A DNA stretch of 64,000 nt from a virus. Lineage: Duplodnaviria > Caudoviricetes. The position numbers were made by a program, and so were the translations under genes. The notes beneath the pieces were generated by a model. It was not told the origin of the DNA. It was given only the letters and a program-made list of their open reading frames with translations, and made no database searches. The DNA is taken from positions 1,742 to 65,741 of IMG/VR virus record IMGVR_UViG_3300050120_000065. The stretch is one strand, 5' to 3'. This document shows, piece after piece, positions 55,494 to 64,000 of this stretch (within the stretch, counting starts at the first letter, position 1; the number at the start of each line of letters is the position of its first letter).

Positions 55494-56091
55494 ATGATTC
55501 CTCCAGTTGATTGACCGACGCCCTCTTAAGATCCCGAGTCCTCGCCCGGTAGTAAGCCTTCATTTCCAATATCTCCGCCAGGGTGAGTTTCAGCGGCGGA
55601 TGGTCTTTCTCCAATTCCTCGACCGCCTCCAAACCGATTCGCTTGATGAGGTTGATGCGATAAGAAATCGGCGAGCCATGCTGGTACAGATTGCATTGTC
55701 GACATTGGAGCCAGCAATTATTTGGCATGAAGCGGGTGGCGGGGCTCGACCCAACAGATCGGTAATGCCCGGCTTGCATATCCTGGCCAAACCGGCCACA
55801 CGAGATGCACGGCTTACCCGCGTCTCTTGCGCGCACCCACGCGTTAAACGCCGTCTGCAACTCCTTCAAATGCGCGCCGCGTGTCTTCGCCTTCTCCAGT
55901 GCCTCGCGCAGCGACTTACGCTCCGCCTTATTCGCTCTCGCCGCTTTCTGCGCTGCAAGCCTCTTCGCGTGTTCGGTTGCGCAAGTGACCCCGCAGACTT
56001 TTTGCATGGTGCGCGATGGCTGAAATACGTCGCGACACTGGGCGCAGCGCTTGGGTTTGAGCGTGTCGCGGGTCATGGGGGTGCGCTTCAT
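55486..56091 (-). CDS. ninG: NinG/Rap-like recombination endonuclease
   Basis: C..C...QKVC...CA, FN.WVR.RD...PCISCG, AGHYRS.G, QC.QCN. Confidence 0.92.
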   Translation of the reverse strand: MKRTPMTRDTLKPKRCAQCRDVFQPSRTMQKVCGVTCATEHAKRLAAQKAARANKAERKSLREALEKAKTRGAHLKELQTAFNAWVRARDAGKPCISCGRFGQDMQAGHYRSVGSSPATRFMPNNCWLQCRQCNLYQHGSPISYRINLIKRIGLEAVEELEKDHPPLKLTLAEILEMKAYYRARTRDLKRASVNQLEESYV

Positions 56092-56852
56092 GATCCGCAC
56101 CGCACAAGGCTGAATGGCAACTGAATTTGGGCGTGCCCTCTAACCCAAAATGTGGGCGACTGGTGCGATTCGATCCGCTCACGCATAACCATGGCTCTAG
56201 ACTCTTTGGTCGCTGGCGTGTAGGTCCCGCGCCAAGCTGAATCGATGCCGATGTTCTGAGCGATGTTCGTGCTGTCTGCCGTGGCGAATGGGAATCGCGT
56301 GAAAACCCGCCAGTCCAGCATCCGCAGGCCATGGATCTTACAAATTGGGCGGCCCGATTCGTCGCATAGCACGTCCATTGCCTCGACCATCCGGCCTTCC
56401 CATATCTCGCTTCCGATCACGGCGTACTCCGCCGAGCTGCCGATGCAGATGCGGGGGAATTGGCTCGCGAGACGGCGCAGACGATCAAGGCTTTCATGCA
56501 TGTGCCACACGGGCGCGCCGACCCAAACCGGGAATCCCTGCGCCAACCACTCATCAATCAGCGCGTCGTTTGCGGACTCGTCTCCATCAATAACGTCCGG
56601 AATTACGGCAAAGTCGAATGAAGGGTAATGGCACAACTCAGAGACCCACGCGTAATACTGCGACCAGTCGGTGATCGGCTCGCCGCTGCGCCATGCCGAG
56701 AAGGCTCCATTGTCGAGAGCAAATGTCTGGCAGATATCGAGAACGAGCCCTAGCTGATCTGGGTACCTAAACGAAATAAATGCATGGCCTCCGCCCACGG
56801 CACGCGCAGCCGCCGTTGCGGGGGTGATTGGAAGTCCGTGGTAATGGATCAT
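56088..56852 (-). CDS. TGT/DpdA-like transglycosylase-fold protein
   Basis: ALDNGAFS, VIPDVI, PVWH, ICIGS, IHGLRM, ADSTN in TGT-barrel order. Confidence 0.7.
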   Translation of the reverse strand: MIHYHGLPITPATAAARAVGGGHAFISFRYPDQLGLVLDICQTFALDNGAFSAWRSGEPITDWSQYYAWVSELCHYPSFDFAVIPDVIDGDESANDALIDEWLAQGFPVWVGAPVWHMHESLDRLRRLASQFPRICIGSSAEYAVIGSEIWEGRMVEAMDVLCDESGRPICKIHGLRMLDWRVFTRFPFATADSTNIAQNIGIDSAWRGTYTPATKESRAMVMRERIESHQSPTFWVRGHAQIQLPFSLVRCGS

Positions 56853-57268
56853 TGCGGACCCACTATCAAGCGGCACTTATCGCCGGCCGCTCGGGATACA
56901 GTTACCGCATGCACCGGGATAGACTCGCTCGCCTTCGTGGCGATGAATTCACAGAGGTTTTCAAGCGTCGCCGGCCCAAGATCCTGAACCTCATCGAGAA
57001 ACTGATGGTCGAGATATTCTAGAATCTTGGCGACGATGCCGCGCAGCACAAACAGATCCACGACGAGCGGGCCTACCTTCCCAGGTCGGGCGAACTCGAT
57101 CATTCCGCTTTCGCCCTTCGTGCCGCGAATCGTTATTTCGGCCTGATACGTGTGCCCATGGATGCGCGCGCTCGATTCAAATTCGGCGAGTGGGACAGTC
57201 CGGTGCAAGGTGTGCGCAGCCTCAAAGATGAAAGATTGCGACAACTCGAAAATTGCTGTTGTGGTCAT
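56849..57268 (-). CDS. QueD/PTPS-like T-fold enzyme lacking the usual catalytic Cys
   Basis: FEAAH.L, IHGHTY, LDH.FL, TLENL; SSARIHGH where QueD has CxxxHGH. Confidence 0.88.
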   Translation of the reverse strand: MTTTAIFELSQSFIFEAAHTLHRTVPLAEFESSARIHGHTYQAEITIRGTKGESGMIEFARPGKVGPLVVDLFVLRGIVAKILEYLDHQFLDEVQDLGPATLENLCEFIATKASESIPVHAVTVSRAAGDKCRLIVGPQ

Positions 57269-57714
57269 GCCGCACCACCCGCCTTCTGCCCGAACTGCAA
57301 CCACTTCGAAAATGGGATGCGAATTTCTCGATGAAATATGGCCTCGGCTGCTTCGTCATGGTCCAATTCGGCGCAAGATTCAACCCCGCATACCGTTCGG
57401 ATCATTGCGGCCGCATCTTCTTCGGTGTAGCACGACCATTTCAAACTTCGACACCATTCCCAAAACTTCGGATCATTGCGCCACAGGCCGGTTAGTTTGG
57501 CGAGCGCACCCCCTTTCGGCTTTTCTTCGGCCGGCGCACGCGTCTCGAAGTCGGCCAGCAACGGCGCAAGCGCCACCGGCATATCGATCTCGCCGAAGCT
57601 CGCGAAGAATTCCTTGCGGAAGCGCGGGTCTATGTCGATCGACACCCTTATCGTTCCGTCGGCCATCTCTTTGAATGAGCGACGCGTACCGCTGATTGCT
57701 TGGATTTCACTCAT
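57265..57714 (-). CDS. conserved nin-region protein
   Basis: MADGT.R..IDI.P, GG.LA, CGV.S..ELDH. Confidence 0.7.
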   Translation of the reverse strand: MSEIQAISGTRRSFKEMADGTIRVSIDIDPRFRKEFFASFGEIDMPVALAPLLADFETRAPAEEKPKGGALAKLTGLWRNDPKFWEWCRSLKWSCYTEEDAAAMIRTVCGVESCAELDHDEAAEAIFHREIRIPFSKWLQFGQKAGGAA

Positions 57715-57920
57715 TTCGGCTCTCCTGTGATCAGCCAACCGATATTCGTGCCTGGCAGCGCGTTGATAATCACGGTCAAGGTGTCCAGTCCTGGCTTGCG
57801 CTGGCCGGTCAGAATGTGAGAAAGGTTCGGTAGCGAAAATCCCGTCCGCCGCGCGAATTCGCTCAGCGAGATTTCCTGATGCTGCGTGATCGCAACGCGA
57901 AGACGATTCCCGAAGCTCAT
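57711..57920 (-). CDS. XRE-family HTH protein
   Basis: FGNRLR...SEFARRTG.S...LS.I..G.R.P. Confidence 0.8.
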   Translation of the reverse strand: MSFGNRLRVAITQHQEISLSEFARRTGFSLPNLSHILTGQRKPGLDTLTVIINALPGTNIGWLITGEPK

Positions 57921-58105
57921 TCGATCACCCTGTACGCAACGATGTCGCTCGAATGATTGGCGTGGTGCCAATGCCAGGTCGACGCCTCGTAATCTTGGCC
58001 GAAGCTGCCGCCGCGAAACTGCACTTGGTGCTCGATGCCATCCGCAATCGGACATTCCCCTCCACTCCAAGGGATCCAGCCGTCTGTGTTTTGGGGGTTG
58101 GTCAT
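57917..58105 (-). CDS. small phage protein
   Basis: WIPWSGGECP...W.W....DIVAYR. Confidence 0.7.
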   Translation of the reverse strand: MTNPQNTDGWIPWSGGECPIADGIEHQVQFRGGSFGQDYEASTWHWHHANHSSDIVAYRVIE

Positions 58106-58560
58106 TGATCGCACCCTCGCCCGACTTGCCCGGGATCGCCGGCAGCCGTGAATTTCTTCCAGTGGATAAAACCTGTCGGGCAGAGAAAACCCCACTCGCG
58201 CACGCGCGGCCCGGTTACGAACAGCGTCCAGCAGTCGCCCTCGGTCAATTCGACGCGATGCGCGACCGCGCCCCACCGGAACTTGACATCGCCCGCGCTA
58301 CGATCAACGAAGTCGGTCGCGCCGTCGCCGAACCATTCGCGATACTGGTTACGCAGTAACCAGCTCAGATTGAAGAGCCAGGGATGCGTATGGCGCGCGC
58401 GGTCATCGTCGCTGCGTTTGAAGCAGTGCAGGTAGACGTTGAAGAACCGATTGCGCGGAATGATCCACCAGCGCAGCAGGTACGGATTGTCTGCGCCGCC
58501 AATGATGAAATCGGGTGCGCGACGTGTAATGCGTGCGATCAGGCGTTCGGCGGCGCTCAT
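58102..58560 (-). CDS. cupin-like protein
   Basis: YL.RW, LH.F..SD....H.HPW, HRVEL, WTLF.TG...R.WGF. Confidence 0.7.
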   Translation of the reverse strand: MSAAERLIARITRRAPDFIIGGADNPYLLRWWIIPRNRFFNVYLHCFKRSDDDRARHTHPWLFNLSWLLRNQYREWFGDGATDFVDRSAGDVKFRWGAVAHRVELTEGDCWTLFVTGPRVREWGFLCPTGFIHWKKFTAAGDPGQVGRGCDQ

Positions 58561-58823
58561 GCGCTCACCCGGTCTTCGTTCGTTACTTCGTCGGCGAGTG
58601 GAATACCGCTGATAGGGCGGAGCCATTCGTCTGGCCAAAGAAAAGTTTTCGATATCCCGGCGCGCACCGTGTCAACGCCGAAATGCCCGCTAACCAACCA
58701 ATGGTCGCCGGCACTGATTGACTCGATGCTTGTTCCGGCGAATCGCTCGACCTTGACGATTCTGTCGCGGAATTCCGGAATCGGGCCAAGAATTACCGCT
58801 AAATCTCCCTGTTTGCAGTTCAT
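58557..58823 (-). CDS. hypothetical protein
   Basis: MNCK.GDLA...D..LRPI. Confidence 0.7.
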   Translation of the reverse strand: MNCKQGDLAVILGPIPEFRDRIVKVERFAGTSIESISAGDHWLVSGHFGVDTVRAGISKTFLWPDEWLRPISGIPLADEVTNEDRVSA

Positions 58824-59152
58824 CGCGCACCCCGCCCAAGCCGCGCCAACTCCTGAAACTCCCGATTGCCCCGGTCATAGCCCGTCAGCTCGCCAACCTG
58901 CCAGCGATGCACTTGTTGCGCTTTTTCCTCGACCGGCTTAGGTTCAGTTCCCGCCACGTAATACCGCGTCGACACCTTGTAGCCTTCGCCGATCTTTACG
59001 CCCACGATCAGCTTCATTTTCATGGCTGCCGTGAGTGTTGGTGTAACGCCCTTGGCGTTTGTGCCGAACAACTTCCCGAGTTCGGTTGTCGTGTACGACT
59101 TGCCGCGCGTCATGCGCTCGACTAAGCTGCCTGCGGAGAGATCAGCGTTCAT
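58820..59152 (-). CDS. winged-helix-like protein
   Basis: GKSYTTTELGKLFG; coupled. Confidence 0.5.
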   Translation of the reverse strand: MNADLSAGSLVERMTRGKSYTTTELGKLFGTNAKGVTPTLTAAMKMKLIVGVKIGEGYKVSTRYYVAGTEPKPVEEKAQQVHRWQVGELTGYDRGNREFQELARLGRGAR

Positions 59153-59744
59153 AGGTGCCTCGTGTCGTGGAGGTTGGTTTATGGGCGGCGAGCTGGGCAA
59201 TCAAGATGCCGAATGGTCCGGGTGCGGCACGCTTCGATACCCTCTTGGCGCGGCGAACTGACAATGCCGTCTGCCGATATTTGCGGCGCCGATCGTTCAT
59301 GTCTTCGCGGCTGATCTGGCTGGCCCACCGGGCTTGCATCTCGCGTTTGGTCAATGGTTCGGGCTTTGGCGCGCTCACGCCTGCGCCGAGACGGTATTTC
59401 GCCTGACGCATGCCACCGGCTTCCGGGAGCGGCCACGAGTGAATATGGGCCTCATTGCCCTCCATCGCCCGGAACAAGATGTCTTTGGTCTGCTGCGCCG
59501 AAAGGAACGCAAGCGCGGCGAGTTCGTTCGTCGTGCGCGCCACGCCATCGGCCAAGACCGCCTTAATGCGCCCCCATCCGAGCGACACCTTCGGCTTTGG
59601 GTCAAGCCCAAGGCGCTGTGCTTGGTCGTCGATCTGCTTCGATGTGCGCCCCGGCAACCGATGCATGGCACTCTTAACCGGCTCGGTACCGCGCCAGATT
59701 TCACGGACGATTTCTTTTTCTTCGGGCGACCAGCGTTTAGCCAT
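59142..59744 (-). CDS. SANT/Myb-like HTH protein
   Basis: WSPEE..I....LPGRT..I...A..LGL. Confidence 0.6.
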   Translation of the reverse strand: MAKRWSPEEKEIVREIWRGTEPVKSAMHRLPGRTSKQIDDQAQRLGLDPKPKVSLGWGRIKAVLADGVARTTNELAALAFLSAQQTKDILFRAMEGNEAHIHSWPLPEAGGMRQAKYRLGAGVSAPKPEPLTKREMQARWASQISREDMNDRRRKYRQTALSVRRAKRVSKRAAPGPFGILIAQLAAHKPTSTTRGTYER

Positions 59745-59991
59745 GATTCACCTCGCTTGCAGGATCGGATGCGAGGCCGCGCCAGTAGCGGTTTTGGACG
59801 CGACAGACTTCGGCGTCCTTGCGGCTTCCCGGCTGGAAATCCCACCACTCTTTGCCGCTCCACCACCAGTTGAATTTGGACTCAAGGGAATCGTCTTTCT
59901 GTGGATCGCGCCAATCGACGCCTGTGTGATACCAACCCGCATGCACGGGATGAACGTCCGGTCCAAACCAGTCGGTTAGCTCTTGTTCCAT
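59737..59991 (-). CDS. Trp-rich small phage protein
   Basis: LTDWF....PV..G.Y...WRGLA. Confidence 0.65.
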   Translation of the reverse strand: MEQELTDWFGPDVHPVHAGWYHTGVDWRDPQKDDSLESKFNWWWSGKEWWDFQPGSRKDAEVCRVQNRYWRGLASDPASEVNHG

Positions 59992-60353
59992 TATTTGGTC
60001 TCCAATATCTGAAAGCCCATCACCGCCATGAGGTGTCGCTTTATGCGGTAGCCTTCGGTTATCTTTCCCTTCACGTCTTCGATTACCCATTGCGGTCCGT
60101 CGTCATAGGCGAAATCGGCGATATATTTCAATGCCGGCCGCTTTCTGCCTTTGATCGAAACGGCCGGCGCCAACTTGAATTCGACTTGCCGAACCAAGTT
60201 GCGAATCTTCCCGGCGCTTTGAAGTAATTTCAATTCGCACCAGCGGGCGTATTCGCGCTTGCTGTCGAACTTCAGCCCGTCCATCACAATTACCTTGTTG
60301 CGGTATTTGCTCGGCTTCGCTGCGGCTTTGGTGGGGAGGCGGAGGGAGGTCAT
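59991..60353 (-). CDS. DUF1064-like PD-(D/E)xK nuclease
   Basis: SKY.N...DG..FDSK.E, YIADF.Y, EDVKG. Confidence 0.88.
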   Translation of the reverse strand: MTSLRLPTKAAAKPSKYRNKVIVMDGLKFDSKREYARWCELKLLQSAGKIRNLVRQVEFKLAPAVSIKGRKRPALKYIADFAYDDGPQWVIEDVKGKITEGYRIKRHLMAVMGFQILETK

Positions 60354-61090
60354 GCTTCGACGCCCGTCACATTGAATATCACCTCGCGCGCGATGCGCAG
60401 CTTGTTCAACGGCACTTTGCCGGTCGCTTGATTATCTTCAACGATTCGCCGCGCCCAGCCGATATTCCCGATCACCTCGCGCACGGACTTGGCTGGCGTG
60501 TACGCTTTGCGGGCGATAGCGTCGATGCGCAGCCGGTCTTGCTCCAACTGCTCAGGCGTCTTGGCGGGCGCTTCCAGGCGCGCAACACGGGCCGGTACCG
60601 GCAACACTTCGCCAGACAGCACGACTTTCAGCGCTCGCTCGAACAGCGGCTTGATCTGGCTGAACATCAGCTCGAGCATGTCGCGCTCGCCGACCTTGAT
60701 CGCCGCCCAGTAAAACGCCGGATTGCTCCACTCGTCTTGGCCTTGTTGCCTCAGTCGGATTTGCTCGATTGCCTCGTAAATCGCCGCGTCGAGATTGATC
60801 GATGGTTTGCAGATTTCCAGAAACTCGCCCCAGGTCGGCGGCCACTTGAGGCGCTCAGCGGCTTTCAATCCGGCACGCACATCGGCCATTTTCAAATCGT
60901 TCGCACGAATCTTTTCCGCCCACACGCGCTTCATGTTTTCAATCCCAGTGTCCAAGCCGTCGACCGTGTGGCCACTGCGAAACGCGTCCAGCAACTTGTT
61001 GCCAAACAGTCCGTGCAGCTCGCCAAAGAGCCAATCCATTGGGTTAAGGGACTTCCCGGATATCGCCGTCGATGTAGCCAAGTTCGTCAT
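60350..61090 (-). CDS. replication protein P-like (helicase loader)
   Basis: WPP...EF..IC, W..PA.YWAA; follows initiator. Confidence 0.65.
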   Translation of the reverse strand: MTNLATSTAISGKSLNPMDWLFGELHGLFGNKLLDAFRSGHTVDGLDTGIENMKRVWAEKIRANDLKMADVRAGLKAAERLKWPPTWGEFLEICKPSINLDAAIYEAIEQIRLRQQGQDEWSNPAFYWAAIKVGERDMLELMFSQIKPLFERALKVVLSGEVLPVPARVARLEAPAKTPEQLEQDRLRIDAIARKAYTPAKSVREVIGNIGWARRIVEDNQATGKVPLNKLRIAREVIFNVTGVEA

Positions 61091-61847
61091 TCTTTTTTGC
61101 CCCCAGTCCGATTGATGCCGCCGCTGCCATTCGTGATTCGTCGCGCGCACTCAGCTTTCCAGGCGGCGCATTGGCCTGCGGATTAAGCAGTTGGGCAATG
61201 ATTGGCGCGATGTATCTGGGCCCGGGGCGGGTTGCTTTGCGCTCCCTGACCATGCCAACAGCGGTTTCCAGAAGATCGTCGGTGACCTTCGGGTTATCGG
61301 CCCATTCGATCAAAAGCGGGTTGGAAGCGTTGGCGCCGTCGATCCCAGAGCGCCTGAGAAAGACCGCAATCTCGACTGCGCGCGTCGGCTCGATTTCCCC
61401 GACTGCGCCTCCGTCTCCGCCTTCGTCTTCGATTACGTCTCCGTCTCCGACTTCGCCTACGTCTCCGACTAGGTGAGCAGGTTCTGTAATCTGCTTCGCA
61501 TCTGCTAACGGATTCTTAGCGTTTGCAATCTTCTCCGGGAACTTGCTTTTCTTTGCGCGAACCTGTTGACCAAATCTTTCAACCTCTAAGTAGTCCTTAC
61601 CCTCGTGCTGGTAAACAATTATCAGCCCCGCGCGAACGCATTCATCTACCCACTTAAGCACCTGTTCGGACTCAAGCTTTTCTTTCAGCGGGAAGCACGC
61701 CGAACGCAGAAGCTTCGGGTTCGCGTAATAGCGCCCAAAGTCATCCACGACTGACAGTAGCCGCCTATAAAAGACCTCGCCCTCTGGCGAGAGTTGGTCA
61801 ACTCGCTCGCTTGTCAATATCCCTTCCCGGAGAATTCTTACGGGCAT
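61044..61847 (-). CDS. replication initiator protein
   Basis: R.LREGILTS, FY.RL...VDDFGR N-terminal domain; YI..I C-terminal domain. Confidence 0.8.
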   Translation of the reverse strand: MPVRILREGILTSERVDQLSPEGEVFYRRLLSVVDDFGRYYANPKLLRSACFPLKEKLESEQVLKWVDECVRAGLIIVYQHEGKDYLEVERFGQQVRAKKSKFPEKIANAKNPLADAKQITEPAHLVGDVGEVGDGDVIEDEGGDGGAVGEIEPTRAVEIAVFLRRSGIDGANASNPLLIEWADNPKVTDDLLETAVGMVRERKATRPGPRYIAPIIAQLLNPQANAPPGKLSARDESRMAAAASIGLGAKKNDELGYIDGDIREVP

Positions 61848-62036
61848 TTAATCGCCCCTCTTTTCGTTGTGAGGTTGGCGGTCGCTCAGCGCGTGCGGCG
61901 TTTTCGCCACCATGAGGGCGAGGCGCGCAACCATCGCCGCCCCCGCCTCTTGGTTACGCATGGAGGCTAAAAGCCGCATGACTTCGCGTACCTTTTCGGC
62001 GTCCGCTGACGATAATGGGCTTGGTAGGCCGTTCAT
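61848..62036 (-). CDS. hypothetical protein
   Basis: coupled ORF. Confidence 0.5.
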   Translation of the reverse strand: MNGLPSPLSSADAEKVREVMRLLASMRNQEAGAAMVARLALMVAKTPHALSDRQPHNEKRGD

Positions 62037-62443
62037 GCGGCCGCCTTGCTAGCCGCGCGTCCAATCATCGTGATAGCTCGCTTCGCCTTACCAAGCGCTT
62101 TGCGAGCCGCCTTACGGGCCTGAATGGCTTCGTGAGCGGCGAGGCAATGTGGGCAAACGGCAAGATATTCTCGAATCTCGAAGTCGTTCATCCAGACCAG
62201 ATGTGGTTCGTACTCGCCATCCACTGTCTCGGGCGTATAGGCTTCTTTCAGGTGCGTGATGTCATCGTGATGAGCCTGCGCATCGTCTCCGCTGCAGGTC
62301 ACCCAATCGGCTGGCAGGCGCTTACCCGCGACGCCAGGACAATGATCCAGCGCGTCGCCTAATGCGAGCGTCAACCGCTTAATCTCGACGTGCAGGCGCG
62401 CATAGTCGGCGCAGGCATGAAGGGCTTTCTGCTCGGCGCTCAT
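62033..62443 (-). CDS. hypothetical protein
   Basis: coupled; CPHC. Confidence 0.6.
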   Translation of the reverse strand: MSAEQKALHACADYARLHVEIKRLTLALGDALDHCPGVAGKRLPADWVTCSGDDAQAHHDDITHLKEAYTPETVDGEYEPHLVWMNDFEIREYLAVCPHCLAAHEAIQARKAARKALGKAKRAITMIGRAASKAAA

Positions 62444-62712
62444 ATCGGCTCCCACTCAATATTCAGCGTCAACTCAGCCAGGTCATTCACGCGCCCGACC
62501 AAATCGCGACTGGCGAATACATGCGTGCCGTAACTGGTCGTGCTAACGATATCGCCCTCGGCGTTCAGGCCCAACGCGTGCGCAATGTTCCCGGTGATCG
62601 CCGCCACCACGAAAAACTTAGTGCCGCGCCCGCCCTTAGCGCGGTAGACGTCGCCAATCGCTGGCGAGTCCAATGAGATGCGGAGCGGGATTCTTCCTAT
62701 TTCGACTTTCAT
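62440..62712 (-). CDS. hypothetical protein
   Basis: AGGA RBS; coupled. Confidence 0.6.
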   Translation of the reverse strand: MKVEIGRIPLRISLDSPAIGDVYRAKGGRGTKFFVVAAITGNIAHALGLNAEGDIVSTTSYGTHVFASRDLVGRVNDLAELTLNIEWEPI

Positions 62713-62769
62713 AATTTGCGTCCTGTCAGTTCGGCTGCGCGCATTCACAAAAGGGCAAAATTTTTTAGG

Positions 62770-63144
62770 CTATGCCGCGCGACGCTGCGGAACCGGCTCG
62801 TACTTGACCCAGCCGATTAACTGTTGGCCGGTAGTCTTGCTGATCTTCGGGTTGCCCTTGGCGTCGTGAAGCCCCCCCCGACACATGATCGAGAAGTCCC
62901 GATAGAGATCGGTTTTGGAGGCAAGAGAAAGCCACTCGCCGGCGAATTGCGGGGCATCGAAGGCGGGGCTGATTTGCAGGGGTTTCATAAGCGGAAACGT
63001 GCGCTTGGCGTATTCCTCGACCAGCGCGCGATATTCCGCCTCGGTATAAGGGCGCTTGGTTTCGGGGTCGCGCAGCGGCACATGCTTTTCGGCGCGCGCC
63101 CGAGCAATCGCCAACGAACCGCCATACACACAGAATCCACTCAT
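62770..63144 (-). CDS. hypothetical protein
   Basis: protein-like composition; GGA RBS. Confidence 0.6.
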   Translation of the reverse strand: MSGFCVYGGSLAIARARAEKHVPLRDPETKRPYTEAEYRALVEEYAKRTFPLMKPLQISPAFDAPQFAGEWLSLASKTDLYRDFSIMCRGGLHDAKGNPKISKTTGQQLIGWVKYEPVPQRRAA

Positions 63145-63154
63145 GATCCATCCC

Positions 63155-63565
63155 CTACGAAGTAACTCGGATTTTCGAATAAAGCCGAAGCTCGACTTCG
63201 CGCTCCCGCTCAACTACCTCAAGACGCTCACGCAAAATACGGTTCTCACTTTCAAGGTCCGTCTCAATGCGACGCAAGCAGCGCGGGTCATAGCCCCGCT
63301 TGAGTAGCCAGTAATGCAACCACGCCTCAGACCCGCAGGCGTCCATCAGCGCGTCCATGCTCGGCTCCGACAGCCTTGCTTGACCCGTCTGCACCTTGGA
63401 GAGAACGGCCGCATCCACACCTATTTCAATGGCCACGGACTTGTCCTGCAGGCCACTATTCTTCAGTGTGTCGGCGATGACTTTCGCCTCACTGGTCCAA
63501 GCCGGCCAGTCAGTTTCGGCGGGTGCTTTGAGCGGGCGCTTAACGCGCAAATCGAGGTCTGACAT
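63155..63565 (-). CDS. CII-like transcriptional regulator
   Basis: SGL.DK.VA.EIG.D...LS, LMD.CG.EA...YW; position upstream of replication genes. Confidence 0.65.
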   Translation of the reverse strand: MSDLDLRVKRPLKAPAETDWPAWTSEAKVIADTLKNSGLQDKSVAIEIGVDAAVLSKVQTGQARLSEPSMDALMDACGSEAWLHYWLLKRGYDPRCLRRIETDLESENRILRERLEVVEREREVELRLYSKIRVTS

Positions 63566-63660
63566 TGGCTTTCAAGTAAATTGACTATGGTTGAAGGTCT
63601 GTTTTAGCTTCAAATAAAGGGGCCGAATAACGAGCCCCTCAGAAAAACGAAATGCCCTAC

Positions 63661-63939
63661 CTACCCCACCAACCGCCAAACCGCATCAGCCGGAAACATC
63701 GAGGCAACCAGGGCGAACAAAATGACCAGTTCGGCGAACGTTTCCAGATCCACGGCATAGAGCGCGCTCCAGAAGAGGCCCCCGAGCACCACGACGAAGC
63801 CAGCGATCAACGCCCAGTCCGCGAGTGGCTTCGCTGGGCCAGCCTCGCCGACCTCTCGCGCTACGTCGGGGACCAAAGCGCCGAATCCACCGATGGATTG
63901 GCGGGTAACGTCCTTGCTCATGTCCTTTACTTGAATCAT
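63661..63939 (-). CDS. membrane protein
   Basis: GAGGA RBS; two TM helices. Confidence 0.55.
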   Translation of the reverse strand: MIQVKDMSKDVTRQSIGGFGALVPDVAREVGEAGPAKPLADWALIAGFVVVLGGLFWSALYAVDLETFAELVILFALVASMFPADAVWRLVG

Positions 63940-64000
63940 CGTGGCGGTCCTCGTGTCAGCTTTTAAGCAAAACCGGCGGGAATTATGAAATTAGTACTAC

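Noticed and set aside
61411-61510. Short repeats (CGTCTCCG, ATCTGCT) in the initiator gene as origin iterons
   Set aside because: Too short and irregular, and partly explained by Gly-Asp codon repeats; an origin here is plausible but unsupported.
1-64000. CRISPR array, reverse transcriptase/DGR, IS element, intron or intein
   Set aside because: No regularly spaced repeats, RT, transposase or splicing motifs were seen by eye; a self-dotplot would be needed to exclude subtle repeats.

Overview
The window is almost the whole genome of a temperate, contractile-tailed (myovirus-like) phage with lambdoid gene organisation. A Burkholderiales host is plausible but is only inferred from gene families. 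On the + strand, 1-14.6 kb is an early-left operon: ERF/YqaJ/SSB recombination genes, two DNA methyltransferases, a J-domain protein, RtcB, xis and int. An intact attP with a tRNA-Ser 3'-end core follows at about 14.7 kb, then small accessory genes to 18 kb. On the - strand, 64-52.7 kb holds the CII-like, replication and nin-like region, including a QueD-like/TGT-like gene pair, NinG and a Q-like antiterminator. A pR'-like promoter at 52.2 kb drives three tRNAs, then terminase, portal, head, neck, sheath/tube, tape measure, baseplate and fibre genes. These are followed by an antisense surface-acylation moron, the lysis genes, a second fibre-like module, and a distal lipoprotein/patatin block. 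The attP is intact and cI/cro are not seen, which suggests an excised, circularly permuted genome slightly longer than the window. The most unusual items are: (1) a minimal QueD-like + TGT-like modification pair; (2) a gene nested out of frame inside the C5-methyltransferase that starts with a clamp-binding-like motif; (3) one ~65-aa beta module inserted into three different virion proteins; (4) a Nudix-prohead protease fusion; (5) non-canonical tRNAs alongside RtcB; (6) a patatin/lipoprotein block where spanins would be expected. All family calls come from motif recognition, not database searches.
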